The notes under the pieces: model-generated | The model's input: only the letters and a program-made list of their open reading frames with translations | The model's database searches: none | What the model was told of the DNA's origin: nothing | Program-made: the position numbers and the translations under genes | Source of the DNA: Candidatus Thorarchaeota archaeon | GTDB taxonomy: Archaea; Asgardarchaeota; Thorarchaeia; Thorarchaeales; Thorarchaeaceae | Reading direction: 5' to 3' | DNA length: 60,074 nt | NCBI GenBank assembly: GCA_048882325.1 | Contig: JBHLRS010000019.1 | Coordinates: 1-60,074 of the forward strand | In this document: one piece after another, positions 58,564-60,074 of the stretch | Position numbering within the stretch: the stretch's first letter is position 1 | How the letters are laid out: each line of letters starts with the position of its first letter

Positions 58564-59649
58564 TTATTGATTTTCAGACTGAAACTCCGTTAGGTACTCA
58601 GCGAGTTTCTTCACACCTTCTAAAGGCATGGCGTTATAGATTGAAGCTCTCATACCACCAACTGAGCGATGGCCTTTTAGACCCACCAATCCTCTCTTTG
58701 TTCCATTATCAACACATTTCTGTTCCAATTCAGGTGACGCCATTGTGAATGTGATGTTCATCAGAGATCGTGAGTCTGCCCTTGCATGACCTTTATAGAA
58801 CCCATTAGAGGCATCAATGACATCATAGAGAATTTTCGCCTTTTCGCGGTTTTTCTTCTCCATCTCTTTAACACCCCCAATCTCTTTCAGAAACTCCATA
58901 GAGAGCTTGCAGATGTAGATTGGAAAAACTGGCGGTGTGTTGAACATAGAGTCCTTCTCTGCATGGGTCTTCCATTTTTGCATGGTTGGTGAATTGTCCG
59001 ATACTCTGTCAAGCAGGTCCTCTCGAACAATGATCATTGTGACTCCTGCTGGTCCGAGGTTCTTCTGTGCTCCTGCATAGATTACTCCATAATCTCTCAC
59101 ATTTATGGGGCGGTCCATAAGGTTGGAGGACATATCACAGACAAGTGGTACATCTTTGGGTACTTTTGGTAGGTAGAACCACTCAGTTCCATAGAGTGTG
59201 TTGTTTCCTGTGATGTGTGCGAATGCAATGTCGTCACTGAATTCAACATCTTTGGGAATGTAGGTGAACTTCTCTTCTTCTGACGATGCCACAACTCTAA
59301 CTTCACCAAAGTGCTTTGCTTCTTTGATTGCTTTCGTTGACCATCCGCCAGTGTTGACATATTCCATAGCTTTTCCAGGTAGATGCAGATTAAGTGGAAC
59401 CATGAAGAATTGAGTTGATGCTCCCCCTCCAAGCCATAGAATTTTGTAGTCTGAGGGTATACCCATCAATTCTCTCGCAAGACTGTTTACTTCAACCATC
59501 GCATTACTCCACTCCTTAGATCTATGGGAAATCTCAAGTACTGACATGCCTGTACCCGCAAAGTCCAGAAACTCCTCTCTTGCCTTTTCAAGAACAGGAA
59601 GTTGTAGAGTCGCGGGACCTGCATAGAAATTAAAAACTCGTTTAGTCAT
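58564..59649 (-). CDS. serC: Phosphoserine aminotransferase
   Basis: RVFNFYAGPA, EISHRS, GGASTQF, DMSS, YAGAQKNLGPAG, NTPP, KGHRSVGGMRASIYNAMP; start moved to ATG 59649. Confidence 0.96.
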   Translation of the reverse strand: MTKRVFNFYAGPATLQLPVLEKAREEFLDFAGTGMSVLEISHRSKEWSNAMVEVNSLARELMGIPSDYKILWLGGGASTQFFMVPLNLHLPGKAMEYVNTGGWSTKAIKEAKHFGEVRVVASSEEEKFTYIPKDVEFSDDIAFAHITGNNTLYGTEWFYLPKVPKDVPLVCDMSSNLMDRPINVRDYGVIYAGAQKNLGPAGVTMIIVREDLLDRVSDNSPTMQKWKTHAEKDSMFNTPPVFPIYICKLSMEFLKEIGGVKEMEKKNREKAKILYDVIDASNGFYKGHARADSRSLMNITFTMASPELEQKCVDNGTKRGLVGLKGHRSVGGMRASIYNAMPLEGVKKLAEYLTEFQSENQ

Positions 59650-59657
59650 TTCATCAT

Positions 59658-60074
59658 CTACTCCAGTTTGTTTATCGTAAAACCTGTCCAGACCTTGGGC
59701 TGGAAGAAGGTACTTTTCTGAGGCATACACTCGAAATTCTTTGATACTGCCTCCACTTCTTCGACACGTGTGGGATTCATGAAAAAGACAGCCTGGGCTT
59801 CCTTCTGAACCGCTTTGATTGAATCATCTACAGCATCACCAATGCCTTTGATGTAAACGACATACCCACCCCCCTTCATCGTACCTTGCTCGAGCTTCAG
59901 CCTATCAATATCTAGCATTTTGTCAAGGATAAGGGTATGAAGTATGGCAACATCGAGCCTTCTAAGTTCTACCGACTTGTCAGGAAGGAGCTCGTTCATT
60001 ATTGAATCGTCATTTAACGTGAGAGCATAGAATTTTCCATCATCTATGAAGAGTCCAAAGGAATGTTTTCCTTC
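59658..60074 (-). CDS. DUF1015-family protein, C-terminal part (runs off the window)
   Basis: LDVAILH..IL, FFMNPT.VEEV, MPQKSTFFQPK; this family is commonly adjacent to serC. Confidence 0.85.
   Translation of the reverse strand, partial: EGKHSFGLFIDDGKFYALTLNDDSIMNELLPDKSVELRRLDVAILHTLILDKMLDIDRLKLEQGTMKGGGYVVYIKGIGDAVDDSIKAVQKEAQAVFFMNPTRVEEVEAVSKNFECMPQKSTFFQPKVWTGFTINKLE

Overview
Gene-dense archaeal chromosomal window, most consistent with an Asgard archaeon such as Thorarchaeota (inferred from gene content, frequent TTG/GTG starts and TATA boxes close to start codons; no database search was run). The first 16.7 kb holds two tandem paralogous giant single-pass surface proteins built of ~100-aa beta-rich repeats with a strongly conserved cytoplasmic tail. 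The rest contains housekeeping and metabolic genes (gcvH, malic enzyme, a FAD/Fe-S oxidoreductase pair, two Bcp peroxiredoxins, serC, a ClC protein, an S8 protease) and several unusual informational paralogues (RadA-like and Cdc6-like proteins with degenerate ATPase motifs, an RFC small subunit with an insertion, and an XPB helicase with a p52/Tfb2-like partner). It also has tandem RIO kinases and a trio of divergent paralogous membrane proteins. The best candidate for a new system is at 43.6-49.1 kb: an RRE/PqqD-radical SAM-SPASM maturase lies divergent from a membrane protein whose C-terminus is an 11-Cys, (CHSA)n repeat tail, followed by an HExxH peptidase-like gene. This suggests RiPP-type cross-linking of a precursor fused to a membrane protein. 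No rRNA, tRNA, CRISPR array or mobile element was recognised.
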